Both the position numbers and the translations under genes were made by a program. Positions 1 through 12,374 of a DNA stretch of 38,270 bases are shown here, piece by piece; position 1 is the stretch's first letter, and each line of letters opens with the position of its first letter. The notes under the pieces were generated by a model, which ran no database searches, was not told the origin of the DNA, and saw nothing but the letters and a program-made list of their open reading frames with translations. Origin of the DNA: Octopus sinensis (Eukaryota); the NCBI RefSeq assembly GCF_006345805.1, contig NW_021835789.1, positions 1-38,270 of the forward strand. Direction: 5' to 3'.

Positions 1-442
1 GATAATTTTTCTTTGGCTTGCCCTTCAGAGGGTCCAGAAGTCCGAATGCGGTCCGCCGATCATGGTTTACCCAAGACTACCTTACATGATCCCTACCATA
101 GGTTACAAACAGCAGCCAAATATCCCTCACATTTTGTTATTATTGAACATATTGGACAATATAGGCCCTGATGTACAAGAAAAAAATGAACTGGCCATAG
201 TTGGGTCGACTTTGATCGTTAGGTTGCTTGACTAGGCCTGGTCTGGGAGTAAATAGCAACAATGACAATAGCGACAGTTCGTTGACTCGTTGTTAGGGCT
301 TTCTTATATGGTGAAGTGAAAGTAACTGGAGACTGAGTGACCTCGACCCAAGTTGACACAAAACATGTGTCAGGCGCTTGAGAGTTGAACTCACGTGTCA
401 AGGATATTTGATCCACTCGGATAGAAAAATGGAGAGTGATTT

Positions 443-1500
443 ATGATTGCCATCCTAATGATGATGACGATGTCGACGACGGCGGCGACAACGATGATGA
501 TGATGATAAAGTATACTGTTGTTGCTGTTGGTGGTGGTGGTGGTGGTAGTTTGGCAACGATGATGATGATGATGAGGAGGAGGAGGAGGAGGAGGAGGAG
601 GAGGATGATAATGTTGGATAATATTAATGATGATGATGATGATAATGATGACGACGACGACAACGACGATGATGATGATGAGGGTGATGGTAATGGAGGT
701 GTTATTCTGATGATGTTTGTAGTAATGATGATGGTGATTGCTGATAAGGACAGCAGTGATGGTCATGGTAGTGTTGGCGGGGATGGTGGTGCTACTGGCA
801 ACGATAATGGCGTGTGGTGGTGGTGGTGGTTTTATTGGTGGCAATGGTAGCGGTAGTGGTAAGGGCGGCGGCGGCGGCGGCGGTGGTGGTGGTGGTGGTG
901 GTGGTGGTGACGACGTTGATGATATTGAAGATATTCTTTTGTAATTTAACCCAAGCTCTGCACTGAGCGAAGAGAACAGTTGCAAACAGACCCGTAGTCA
1001 AAGGATACTCCATCCATGACCATTTCATCTATTCTTCCTAAATAGTGTACCTCTGTTTTGCTGTAACATTTATTGCATCCTTCTATTGGGTGGTTTGGAG
1101 GAGATTTGGTTGCACTTTCTACAAGATATTAAGGCCACACAATGGTTATTTCCCTGCTTCGATGTATTCGCAGCGGTGATAGTTGTATAGGTTGCAGTGG
1201 TGGTGGTGTTACAGGTGGTGGTAGTATTGGTGATGGTGGTTTTATTAGTGGTGGTGGTGCTGGTGGTGGTGTCATTAGTGATGGTTGTTGTGGTGGTGTT
1301 GCTTCCTGGTGGTAGTAGTAGTGGTGGTTGTGGTGGTAGTAGTGGTGGTAGTGTGGCGATGGCAGAGGTTGTGGTTGTCGTGATTGGACGAAAAAAGATG
1401 GTAGTGATAATGGTGAAGATGGCCATCGTGTTAGAGATAGAATGGTGGTAGTGGTGGTGGGGGGCGTAGATGGTGTAGCTGTTGGTGGTGTGATGGGTGT
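443..1500. repeat. Compound trinucleotide microsatellite field (ATG/GGT/GAG/GGC)n
   Basis: Long runs of gat, ggt, agg and ggc directly visible. ORF-track peptides here are homopolymeric. Confidence 0.95.
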
Positions 1501-1547
1501 TGGGGTCTGAAGGTCTTTGTGCGTGTGTATGTGTGTGTGTGTGTGCG

Positions 1548-1578
<31 letters not shown>

Positions 1579-2089
1579 TGTATGTGTGCAGGGATGGGGG
1601 AACTATTTGAAATTTAAGATGAAAGGCTAAAAACAGTTGAAAAAAATGGAGATAAGAAAAACAATAATAATAATAATAATAATAAAAATACTACTAATAA
1701 TAATAGTAATAGTAATAATGGCAACAATTGCTAGAACAAGAATAATGATAACAATAATGATAAATTATAAGCTTATAAACAAAACGATTATTTAAATAAA
1801 GAAAGCCGTTTTGTTTTTCAGTGAAGGTGAGTGGTCACGTGCGCTTACTTCATTATGATAATATACTTTGGCACTTTTTTAAAGAAAACAAGCGCCGCCG
1901 CAACAATTTCTAACACTGCGGCGCGGCGGCGCAGGTGAGTGTGGACTGGGGGTGGGGTGGGAGCACCAATGCAGCAGCAGCAGAAGTAGTAGTAGTAGTA
2001 GTAAGTAGTAGTAGTAGTAGTAGTAGTAGTATGTACTGCTGCTGTTGATGTTGTTGTCTTGTTGCTGTTGTACTGCGCTACATTTCAAT

Positions 2090-2091
2090 CC

Positions 2092-2122
<31 letters not shown>

Positions 2123-2172
2123 GTAGTAGTAGTAATAATAATAATAATAATAAAATAATAATAATAATAATG

Positions 2173-2208
<36 letters not shown>

Positions 2209-2276
2209 GTAATAATAATAATAATAATAGTAATAATAATAAATAATAATAATAATAATTAATAATAATAATAATA

Positions 2277-2313
<37 letters not shown>

Positions 2314-2340
2314 GTAATAATAAAAAAATAAAAAAATAAA

Positions 2341-2380
<40 letters not shown>
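2090..2380. repeat. (AAT)n microsatellite, preceded by (AGT)n/(AGC)n at about 1970-2030
   Basis: Directly visible. Confidence 0.95.
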
Positions 2381-2824
2381 TCCGACGTGAATGAAAACAA
2401 CACCAAGAATATAAAAATTGAAGAGGACGCTGAGACCAAGGAAACCAAGCCGAAGTGATGGAGATAAGAGAGAATATTTAAATACTGTGACATCCCATAC
2501 TAATGCTTGGTTGTTTTTTTTCTTGCTTTTGGGTTTTTGCACTTTTTTTTTTTGTTTTCTATTCATTTGATACCAATTTACAAGTGAGCAACTCAAAATC
2601 AAAAAGAAAAGGAAAGAAGAAGAATACAGCGCATAATGAATAAATAATTAATAAATATATAAATAACATTGATTAATGGTATGAAATCTGCCATGCTTTG
2701 ATATGTAAGCGGAGAATGATTTGAGGCAAAGATGGAGGTGAAGGTAGAGGCAGAGGTATTCATCTGTTTTATAATTTTTTTTCGCGCGTCTTTTTGTGTT
2801 CAAATCCTGCAGAGGTCAACTTTC

Positions 2825-3313
2825 TCTCTTTTACTCTCTTTCACTTGTTTCAGTCATTTGACCGTGGACATGCTGGAGCACCACCTTTAGTCGAGCAAAT
2901 CGACCCCCCCCCCCCAGGACTTATTCTTTGTAAGCATAGTACTTATTCGATCGGTCTCTTTTACCGAACCGCCAAGTTACGGGGACGTAAACAAACCAGC
3001 ATCGGTTGTCAAGCGATGCTGGGGAGGACAAACACAGACACGCAAACATATGCACACACACACACGCCTACATACATACGTACATATATATCTATATGTG
3101 TGTGTGTGTGCGTGTGTGTGTGTGTGTTATGTATGTATATGTATATATATATTATATATACGACGGGCTTCTTTCAGTTTCCGTCTACCAAAGCCACTCA
3201 CAAGACTTCGGTCGGCCCGAGGCTATTCTAGAAGACACTTGCCCAAGATGTCACGGAGTGGGTCTGAACCCGGAACCATGTGGTTGGTAAGCAAGCTAAT
3301 TACCACACAGCCA
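2825..3313 (-). mobile_element. tRNA-headed SINE group A with internal (CA/TA)n
   Basis: Reverse complement reads TGGCTGTGTGGTAA...GGTTCAGACCC (A/B-box-like) through a tail ...GACTGAAACAAGTGAAAGAG. Matches the copy at 5973-6385. Confidence 0.9.
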
Positions 3314-3409
3314 ATCCTTTCAGGGTCGATAAAATAAAGAATCTGTCAAGTACTCAAGGTCGACATAATCAACTTCTCTCCTCCCACTAAAACTGATCGT
3401 CTACAAAGA

Positions 3410-3467
<58 letters not shown>

Positions 3468-3526
3468 CATTATTATTATTATTATCATCATCATCATCAT
3501 TATTATTATCATCATCATCATCATAA

Positions 3527-3567
<41 letters not shown>

Positions 3568-3574
3568 ATCATCA

Positions 3575-3622
<48 letters not shown>

Positions 3623-3635
3623 TATTATTATTATT

Positions 3636-3943
3636 GAGTGAGAGAGCAGTGCATGCCATCAAAGTGACACTAGGGTAAAACATTCAAAGCCCAGTATACC
3701 CATCATGACTACCCGTCTGATAAGGGTACACCAGGCACATGCATCACAACCATATGTGCGCGACATGGTGATCTCATATCAAGATAAACAGCACATGACC
3801 TTGCAGGTGGGGCCCAGTTAGAATTTTTTTCAGGTCGAGTAGCCCATCCTGCTCAAAAGGTCCCTGAATAAGGGTTGCTTTAGGATGATGAACGAAACAC
3901 CCATGTTTCCAAAGGTGAATTATTCAAACCCCAAAGAATCCCT
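3636..3943. mobile_element. Interspersed repeat embedded in (ATT)n, partial copy
   Basis: Near-identical to the start of 6921-7479 (GAGTGAGAGAGCAGTGCATGCCATCAAAGTGACAC...). (ATT)n on both sides. Confidence 0.85.
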
Positions 3944-3954
3944 ATTGTTATTAC

Positions 3955-3996
<42 letters not shown>

Positions 3997-4146
3997 CATC
4001 ATCATCATCAGCATCATCATCATTGCCTTTGCTTTATTTTGTATGGTATTTGGTATACCCGTATTGATCTATGCATATGCACACACAGCACACACATACT
4101 CATATTCTTTTAAATAGAAATAAGTGAAATAGAGTGTGCAAGAGAC

Positions 4147-4800
4147 ACAAGGTGATGCTGAAAAGTTCCCGACATCGGATAAAACAAAATGCAGGAGAAT
4201 CAGTTAATTATGATATTTTTCAATCTCCTCTCAGATTCACCCACTTATTGCAGCGGTTCTTCAAGTTTTTCTAAGCCCTGTAGAAAAACTCATAAAGTTG
4301 GGCCTCCAGCCAGGCCTTCCATGACACCCGTAAAACCAGAAACTTTCCACCCATTACTCGTATAGTGGGAGAGATAGATAGACTCATGGCTTTGGGTAAA
4401 AGAAAATAAAGGTGTATCAGTTAATTACAATTCTTTTAGCATATTCCCCTGTCACATTCACACACTTATTGCAGCGGTTCTTCTATTTTTCTAAGCCCTG
4501 TAGAAAAACTCGTAAATTTGGGCCTTCCATGAAACCCGTAAAACCAGAAACTTTCCGCCCATTACTCGTATAGTGGGAGAGATAGATAGACTCCTGGCTT
4601 TGGATAAAAGAAAATATATGAAGATCAGTTAATTACAATTCTTTTAGCATATTCCCCTGTCACATTCACATACTTATTGCAGCTGTTCTTCAGTTTTTCT
4701 AAGCCCTGTAAAAGAACTCGGAAGGTTCGCCCCCCCCCCCACCTCAATCAGGCCTTTCGTGACACCCTTAAAACAGGGAACTTTTCATCAACCCTACGTA
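4147..4800. mobile_element. Three tandem units of a mariner-type MITE
   Basis: CAGTTAATTA at 4201, 4418 and 4626 (periods 217 and 208 bp). Left end GATGCTGAAAAGTTCC and right end GGAACTTTTCATCAACCCTACGTA are TIR-like. Confidence 0.7.
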
Positions 4801-5109
4801 CAATAGGAGAGATATATGAACAGATAAATACAGAGAGTGAGAGAAGATACACGGATAAATAAAAGATAGACAGATGCAGAGAGAGGGGAAGTATGAATGA
4901 GGGAAAGAGAGTCAGACATATGCGAAATGGCGGTGTGTATCTTACTCGAAGTTAGAGGTAAATTCGTTTCCATGACAAATTTAAAACTACGTGACACTTG
5001 CAGAGGTGAAAGGTCAATGTAAGCAGAGAACGTTAATTTGGAGAAAAACTGTAAAATTTAGAAATTACTACTGGATATTATCCAGATGTTGCGTCTGAAT
5101 GTAAGATTT

Positions 5110-5195
5110 TATGAAAGTGTGTTTGTGTATGTGTGTATGTATGTATGTATGTATGTATGTATGTATGTATGTATGTATGTATGCGTGTGTGGATG

Positions 5196-5226
<31 letters not shown>

Positions 5227-5431
5227 ATGTATGTATGTGTGTGCTTATGTATGCATGTATGATTATATATGATTATATATATGTGTGTATGTGTGTACGT
5301 GTCTACGTGTGTATAAATATATGTATGTATGTTTATACATTCATGCATACATAAATACATTAAGATACATACATACACACATACATACATGCATACATAC
5401 ATACATACACACACATACATACATACATACA

Positions 5432-5464
<33 letters not shown>

Positions 5465-5757
5465 GCATGCATACATACATTCATAAATTCATACCTACCT
5501 ACATACATACATACATACATACATACACACACACACATACATACATACATACATACATACATGCATGCATACATGCATGCATACATACATTCATAAATTC
5601 ATACATACATACATACATACATACACACACATACACACATACATACATGCATACATACATGCATACATACACACACACATACATACATACATACATGCAT
5701 ACACACATGCATACATACATTCATAAATTCATACCTACATACATACATACATACATG
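5110..5757. repeat. (TATG)n followed by (CATA)n with a higher-order repeated TTCATAAATTCATAC motif
   Basis: Directly visible. The motif recurs near 5480, 5590 and 5720. Confidence 0.9.
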
Positions 5758-5972
5758 CTGAACAGTGAGAATGAATGCTCAACACCGCATTTTGTGGATA
5801 AGTAATCCCTATTTGTTGTTTAACAATGGATTATTCATGGAGGAATTCCACATTTTAAACCGTTCCACTGAAGAACGGTGGAAATCGAGTTCATTTTGGG
5901 TGAGAGGTATCCAACAAGACGGACGCGATTTTCTACATTAAACACTTAATCGACAAATAAAGTATGTATATA

Positions 5973-6385
5973 GGCGCAGAAGTGGCTGTGTGGTAAGTAG
6001 CTTGTTTACCAACCACATGGTTCCGGGTTTAGTCCCACTGCGTGGCACCTTGAGCAAGTGTCTTCTACTATAGCCTCGGGTCGACCAAAGCCTTGTGAGT
6101 GGATTTGGTAGACGGAAACTGAAAGAAGCCGTCGTATATATGTATATATATATGTGCGTGTGTGTGTTTGTGTGTCTGTCTTTGTCCCTCTAGCATTGCT
6201 TGACAACCGATGCTGGTGTGCTTATGTCCCCGTTACTTAGCGGTTCGGCAAAAGAGACCGATATAATAAGTACTGGGCTTACAAAAGAATAAGTCCCGGG
6301 GTCGAGTTGCTCGATTAAAGGCGGTGCTCCAGCATGGCCGCAGTCAAATGACTGAAACAAGTAAAAGAGTAAAAGAGTAAAGAGT
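5973..6385 (+). mobile_element. Full-length SINE group A
   Basis: Head GGCGCAGAAGTGGCTGTGTGGTAAG, B-box-like GGTTTAGTCCC, tail (GTAAAAGA)n. Confidence 0.9.
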
Positions 6386-6442
6386 ATATATGTATACTTG
6401 TGTCTGTGTGTGTGTGTGTGCTTGTGCGTAAATGTGTGTATA

Positions 6443-6628
6443 TACGAGGGGGTACGCAAAAGGAAGCAGAATTTTGCAATATTATTTTATTGCCTTTGTT
6501 TTACATGTTTACACTTTTATCTCCTTCTAAGTATTCTCCATTTGAAGCAATGAATGCTACGGTCCAGACGCGTTTGACACTGTTCGAAGCAGTCCTGGAA
6601 CTCTTGCGAAGGGATGCCTTTTAACGCC
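6443..6628 (-). mobile_element. Mariner transposase C-terminus plus terminal inverted repeat (TIR)
   Basis: Minus-strand translation ALKGIPSQEFQDCFEQCQTRLDR/IASNGEYLEGDK (one frameshift) matches the mariner C-terminal GEYFEGD motif. End TACGAGGGGG at 6443. Confidence 0.85.
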
Positions 6629-6785
6629 AGGTAAAATGCTTAACGGTATTTCGTCCGTTCTGAGTTCAAATTCCGCCGAGGTCGACTTTGTATTTCATCC
6701 TTTTCGGGATCGATAAAATCAGTGACAGTTGAACACATTTCCACCTCCAAAATTGCTGCCCGCGTGGCAAAATTTGAAACCATTA
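6629..6785 (+). mobile_element. SINE group B fragment
   Basis: GTTCTGAGTTCAAATTCCGCCGAGGTCGACTTTG core shared with other B copies. Confidence 0.85.
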
Positions 6786-6787
6786 TC

Positions 6788-6920
<133 letters not shown>

Positions 6921-7479
6921 GAGTGAGAGAGCAGTGCATGCCATCAAAGTGACACTAGGGTAAAATATACGAAGCCCAGTATACCCATCATGACTACCCG
7001 TCTGATAAGGGTACACCAGGCACATGCATCACAACCATGTGTGTGCGACATGGTGATCTCATATCAAGATAAACAGCACATGACCTTGCAGGTGGGGCCC
7101 AGTTAGAATTTTCTTCTGGTCGAGTAGCCCATCCCGCTCAAACGGTCCCTGAATAAGGGTTGTTTAAGGATGTTGAAAGAACCACCCATGTTTCCAGAGG
7201 TGAATTATTCAAACCACAAAAAATACCTCTCAACACATGGTTATGATGCTCCCCAACTACTTCTGCTTGTGATTAGAGATGCACATATCGTCAGCCACTA
7301 ATGGACATGCTCAACTGGTTAAAGCCAAGCAACTGACAAGCAAATCTGTGGTATTGAGCTGATATTTGTTGTAGCCCATCTTTTATACCAAGACAAAACA
7401 ATGTACATGATAACACTTCCAAACAGTTAAAAATCAGAAGCCATGACAGCCACTGCTTGGTACTGCATCAGAACATTTA
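6921..7479. mobile_element. Longest copy (about 560 bp) of the (ATT)n-embedded repeat
   Basis: 5' half matches 3636-3943 and 3' end matches 14578-14732. (ATT)n on both sides. Confidence 0.85.
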
Positions 7480-7481
7480 TC

Positions 7482-7556
<75 letters not shown>

Positions 7557-8550
7557 TATGATTCAGACATGAGAAAGGGTACTTCCCCGCCCTTTGCTAA
7601 ACTTTTCGAACTTAGTGAGATCGATACGAGAGTTGTTCAGTTTAAAAATCTTTATATTGATGACAAAATCAATATGGAATTGTTCGACCAGCTGGAAATA
7701 GCAGTCAAATATTACTCAAAACGTACACAACCGTCCGAAACTGAGAAGGTATAATTTACAGCTTAGTCATAGGTGGAATACATTTGGTCATAAATTCTTT
7801 TCCATCACGGTTGATATAACGGCAACACAACAACAGAAACAATGACGTAGGCGGACGGTGCTACGTAGGACCTATCGGTGTTCCACTGAGCTGCTAAAAC
7901 CAGCCGACGAATCTTCCTCAAAATGTACTTTTTAACTGTCGTTACAAAGCGAGCTTCTTCACCATACAGCCATGTTTGCGCTTATGTACTGTATCGATTC
8001 GTTGAACGTTGTTTGGTTGAACCACGTGATTGATCTCTGGACGGCTTCGCTATAGAGAAAAAGATTCATTAATTTTTCAGATATCAGTCTAAAAGTAGTT
8101 CGAGGGCATCTTACTCATTATTAAAACTGGAATTAAAATATATACATCACAAGAGAAATATTTAATGTTTGCTGACAGCCAACAAGTTCCGGTTTCCGTT
8201 GAGATGTTATCAGGATGAAGGCGGAAATTCTAAATTGTTATGCAGTGGACATCGGAGCATGCGTAAAGAGTGATTTTACTGAGATGCCTGCCAGGCGGCG
8301 CTAACATCCTGTCTTTTGAGAAATGGAGATTGTAGATGTACAAAAAAAAATTAAAAAAAGACGACTCATGTCTTTGTAGATGCAGTAATTCCTAAAATAG
8401 GACAATCACGTGTTTATTACCTTCGTAACGTTTTAAATTTTTATTTTTTCGGACTTTTTTTTCCTTATAGTAGGAAAATTACAAATAAGTCCGCAACCCA
8501 GCGACACATACGTACGCACGTAATACATATACATGCAGATATACATGTGC

Positions 8551-8607
<57 letters not shown>

Positions 8608-8826
8608 TATATATATATGTATGTATGTATGTATATGTATATATGTATGGATATATATGGATATATATTGTTGAAATTCACAAAAGAACAGAAGATGAAG
8701 ACACGTGTAAAAACAACAAGCAGGTGTATTACTTTAAACATGTATATATATGCATATATATGTGTATATACATACATACATGTATATTTGTATGTATGTA
8801 TGTATGTATGTATGTATGTGTGTATA

Positions 8827-9023
8827 TTCTTTTATTGTTTTACTTGTTTCAGTCATTTGACTACGGCCATGCTGGAGCATCACCTTTCGTCGAACAAATC
8901 CACCCCAGGACTTCTTTGTAAGCCTATCAGTTCCTTTTTGCTGAACCACTAAGTTACAGAGACGTGAATTCTCCAACATCGGTTGTCAAGCGATGGTGCA
9001 TGGGGACCAACACCGACATAGAA

Positions 9024-9058
<35 letters not shown>

Positions 9059-9234
9059 AATATACATATGCAACAGGATCCTTTCAGTTTCCGTCTACCA
9101 AATCCTCTCACAAGGCTTTGGTCGGCCCAAGGCTATAGTAGAAGACACTTGCCCAAGTTGCTACGCAGTGGGACTGAACTCGGAACTATGTGGTTCGTAA
9201 GCCAGCTACTTACCACACAGCCACTCCTATGCCT
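8827..9234 (-). mobile_element. SINE group A
   Basis: Reverse-complement match to 5973-6385. Confidence 0.9.
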
Positions 9235-9367
9235 ATGTATATATATATATATATATATTTCCATCTCCTGAGCGCCTATTAATAATAATACTGTAATTGT
9301 TCCTGTTGTTGTTGTTTTTTTGTTTCCCTTTTGGATTAAAATTATATATATATATATATATATATAT

Positions 9368-9618
9368 CACCGTGATCACCGTGACCGACCAGGATATCAG
9401 ATGTTGCTACACATCGCTGGTCACAATGCGCTTCGCATTGTTTTAGCCTTCAAATGACGCCACCCCGCTGGCTAAGCGAGCAGGCCGACAGAAGAAAGAG
9501 TGAGAGAAAGTTGTGGCGAAAGAGTACAATAAACACTCACAACGGCCGGTCTGGGAATTGAAACCGCGATCCTACGACCGCGAGTCCGCTGCCCTAACCA
9601 CTGGGCCATTGCGCCTCC
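9368..9618 (-). mobile_element. SINE group C head with an alternative tail
   Basis: Head GGAGGCGCAATGGCCCAGTGGTTAGGGCAGCGGACTCGCGG nearly identical to 22888. The 3' part differs. Confidence 0.9.
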
Positions 9619-10342
9619 ATATATATATATATATATGCAAAAATACATGCATACATACGTACATACATACATACATACATACATACATACATGTATACAT
9701 ACATATAAAAATAATATATACAATACCTTTACACGTGCATATGCAAACACATACATATATATATGTTTGTGTGTGTGAGCATATCTATGTATGTATTTAT
9801 ATAATTAAACACACACATAGTGGTCAATATCGAAATACACAGAACACATAAAAACAAACATCAGCAAATAAATAACCTATCAAACAATAAACAAACAAAC
9901 AAAATAAATAAACGAATAAATAAATAAATAAATAAAATGTAAAGGTCAGGTGTGAATCAAATCCGAAGTCTACGAGCTGACGCCTAGCAGCATTAAATTA
10001 TTGAAACGGTTTGACTATCATTCGTCACACCTCAGTAATTCGAACCACTGACTTGATCAACCTTTACCATACCTCCTACTGATCTATCAAATTTAAGATC
10101 CTTGGCTTCGTTTGTGTTATTTATGTTTTATCTTTCAGCCTAATCTCTAATTGGTTTCCAAAATCATTATTAACTTATTAACATAATGTAACCAATCCTT
10201 CCAATTTTACTCAGACAATCACTCGCGATAATCACCGTGATAATCTAATGATCTCTGGTTAATTTCTTTATATTACATTCCATCCTATATTTTTGTTCCT
10301 CCTTATTGGTTACTGGAATTGGTGAATAATGTATATATATAT

Positions 10343-10376
<34 letters not shown>

Positions 10377-10379
10377 AGT

Positions 10380-10680
10380 ATTTGAGTAGTTGAATGAATT
10401 ATCTTATTATGGATAATTCGAATTAACCGATACCTGGGTAGCAAATTCACATCAGAAAAAACACGGTTGAAGTTACGTGCCTAGGGCATAGATTACGTGC
10501 TTTCGTGTGGAAATTTGTATGTTTATTTTAAAAATATAAATATATGAAAGAATGGAGTTGAACGACGAATTAACAAAATTCCTTTATTTTCGACATATGT
10601 TTCGAAGGCTGCATATTCCTAATTGCGAAGGAATGAGGAGTACATTATGCCGCTTTCTCATCAGGAAAAGCAAGGAACTT
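10380..10680 (-). mobile_element. Penelope-like terminal repeat, diverged relative of the 32.4-33.9 kb unit
   Basis: TTAACCGATACCT...AGCAAA..TCAC and GAATGGAGTTGAACGA...TTTCGAA.GG blocks align with 33375-33575. Carries an HHR motif. Confidence 0.65.
10587..10669 (-). ncRNA. Type I hammerhead ribozyme motif
   Basis: UUUUC-CUGAUGA-stem II (GAAAGCGGCAUA/UAUGCAGCCUUC)-GAAA-CAUAUGUC-GAAAA. Intact core with a GUC site at 10592. Confidence 0.8.
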
Positions 10681-10684
10681 ATAA

Positions 10685-10733
<49 letters not shown>

Positions 10734-11101
10734 TATATACATGCACATTCGTACATACATACATATATATGTATATAGATATGCCTATATGGACGTCACA
10801 AAACGTAAACAACATGAAATACAAAAATAAAGTTAGATACGCAAACAACGTGAGAAACAAATGGAAAACATAAAGAACGACCCTTCATCCGTTGTCGGCT
10901 GTCCTTCTACTCCTTATTATGAAATATATATATATATTTAGACGGTCCTCCGGCATGTCAGAGTGAAAATGACTGAAACAAGTAAAAGAATAAAAGAATA
11001 TATACGTAGGTTTGTATTTATATATGTACAGATTTGTATGTTTTGCTTTATATATGTATTCTCATGCATATAGTTGCATATCTAGACATGCTCATATATA
11101 T

Positions 11102-11284
11102 TTAAATGTTGAACTTCTGGAAAGTTTTATAGATTTTTACAGTTCCAGTGATAGATTGGATCTGTAGTTTTCGAATTAGTTTTCTCCTTTCTGGTTTTGA
11201 GAAACCTAATTTCTCAAGATTGGTATTTAGGCAGATTGTTAGATATCCCAGTGTGTATGTGTGTATTACCACATGTATTCTCAT
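11102..11284 (-). mobile_element. 3' end of a REL-endonuclease non-LTR retrotransposon (R4/Dong-like terminal motif)
   Basis: TLGYLTICLNTNLEKLGF...KLQIQSITGTVKIYKTFQKF resembles the GALG...LQxxxxxGTxxI terminal motif. Abuts (CTAT)n. Confidence 0.55.
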
Positions 11285-11302
11285 CCTATCTATCTATCTA
11301 TC

Positions 11303-11382
<80 letters not shown>

Positions 11383-11399
11383 ACTATTATCTATGTATG

Positions 11400-11430
<31 letters not shown>

Positions 11431-11699
11431 ACGTTTGCATTATGTATGTATTTATGTATGTATGTATACATATGTGTGTGCGTGCTTGTGTGTGTGTATG
11501 TTTGCGTGTGTATGTGTGTGTATGCCTGTCTATATGAATGTATGTATGTGTGTGTGTGTATGTATGTATGTATGTATGTATGTATGTATGTATGTATGTA
11601 TGTATGTATGTATTTATGTATGTATGTATGTATGTATGAGCGTATTATTTACCGAATATATAGTGAAAATGTATGAGCGACATGGCCTCCGACATACGA

Positions 11700-12360
11700 C
11701 GAAAATTTTTAACCCTTCATAATATCATAATATATAATACTATGAAGAAATATTCATACAGTACTTTAAATGATTTCTTGATCAGTGAAACTGCTTGCTG
11801 CTTCAATAATATCTGCATTGGTCTGTTTCCGTTCTTGCATGTCAGCAGCATTAAAGTTTCCATAAAGAATTGTCTCCCAGCTATAATTTAACGGTTTCCC
11901 TCATATCTTGCAGTTCAGATGCCACCTGTGTTATGTGGAATCTTTAAAAGCTTCGACTTGATCATACACTAGATCAGCAAACATCACCTTCGACCATAAC
12001 TTCTGTTGCTGACTTAAAAGTGTTTCACGCTTGACTGCATTCTATCCAATCACGAGCGATAATTTTACATCTCTTACATTTTAACTGCACTGAAAGTCTA
12101 TAAAGTTGATCTCATTCACCATTCCCATCATAAAACCATTTTTATAGAGATATTTAAAGTTCTTAACGGCTCCATGATCCATGGTTTGAATCACTGATGT
12201 TACGTTTTGTAGCATGAAGCAAGCATAAATAGTTCCCTAACGAGAAATTATTTTAACGTTATGCGCATAGACTTTGCACATTTTGAGAAGTATCATGCAT
12301 TGTGTATTTGAAGGATTCTTCAATTCTGTTTGAATTCCGAAGAACTGATGAAACAAAATT
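11700..12360 (-). mobile_element. Decayed pogo/Tigger-type transposase (DDE_1 region)
   Basis: LQNVTSVIQTMDHGAVKNFKYLYK resembles LPPNxTSxIQPMDQGVIxNxK. Stops and frameshifts present. Confidence 0.75.
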
Positions 12361-12374
12361 TTGAACGAATCATT

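Noticed and set aside
391-1451. Long ORFs (poly-D/G/P/T/V peptides)
   Set aside because: Translations of trinucleotide microsatellites, open in several frames on both strands.
2378-2457. Peptide KSDVNENNTKNIKIEEDAETKETKPK* after the (AAT)n tract
   Set aside because: It is in the poly-Ile frame of the repeat, not the poly-Asn frame, and has no acceptor site.
5004-5018. Possible 15-nt microexon (CAG|...|GTAAGC)
   Set aside because: No polypyrimidine tract; expected by chance.
5860-5895. CTGAAGA...GAAA hammerhead-like spacing
   Set aside because: Stem II cannot form and stem I does not pair.
7945-7978. YY1-like GCCATGTT motif
   Set aside because: Explained by a reverse SINE A head remnant (CATGGCTGTATGGTGAAGAAGC).
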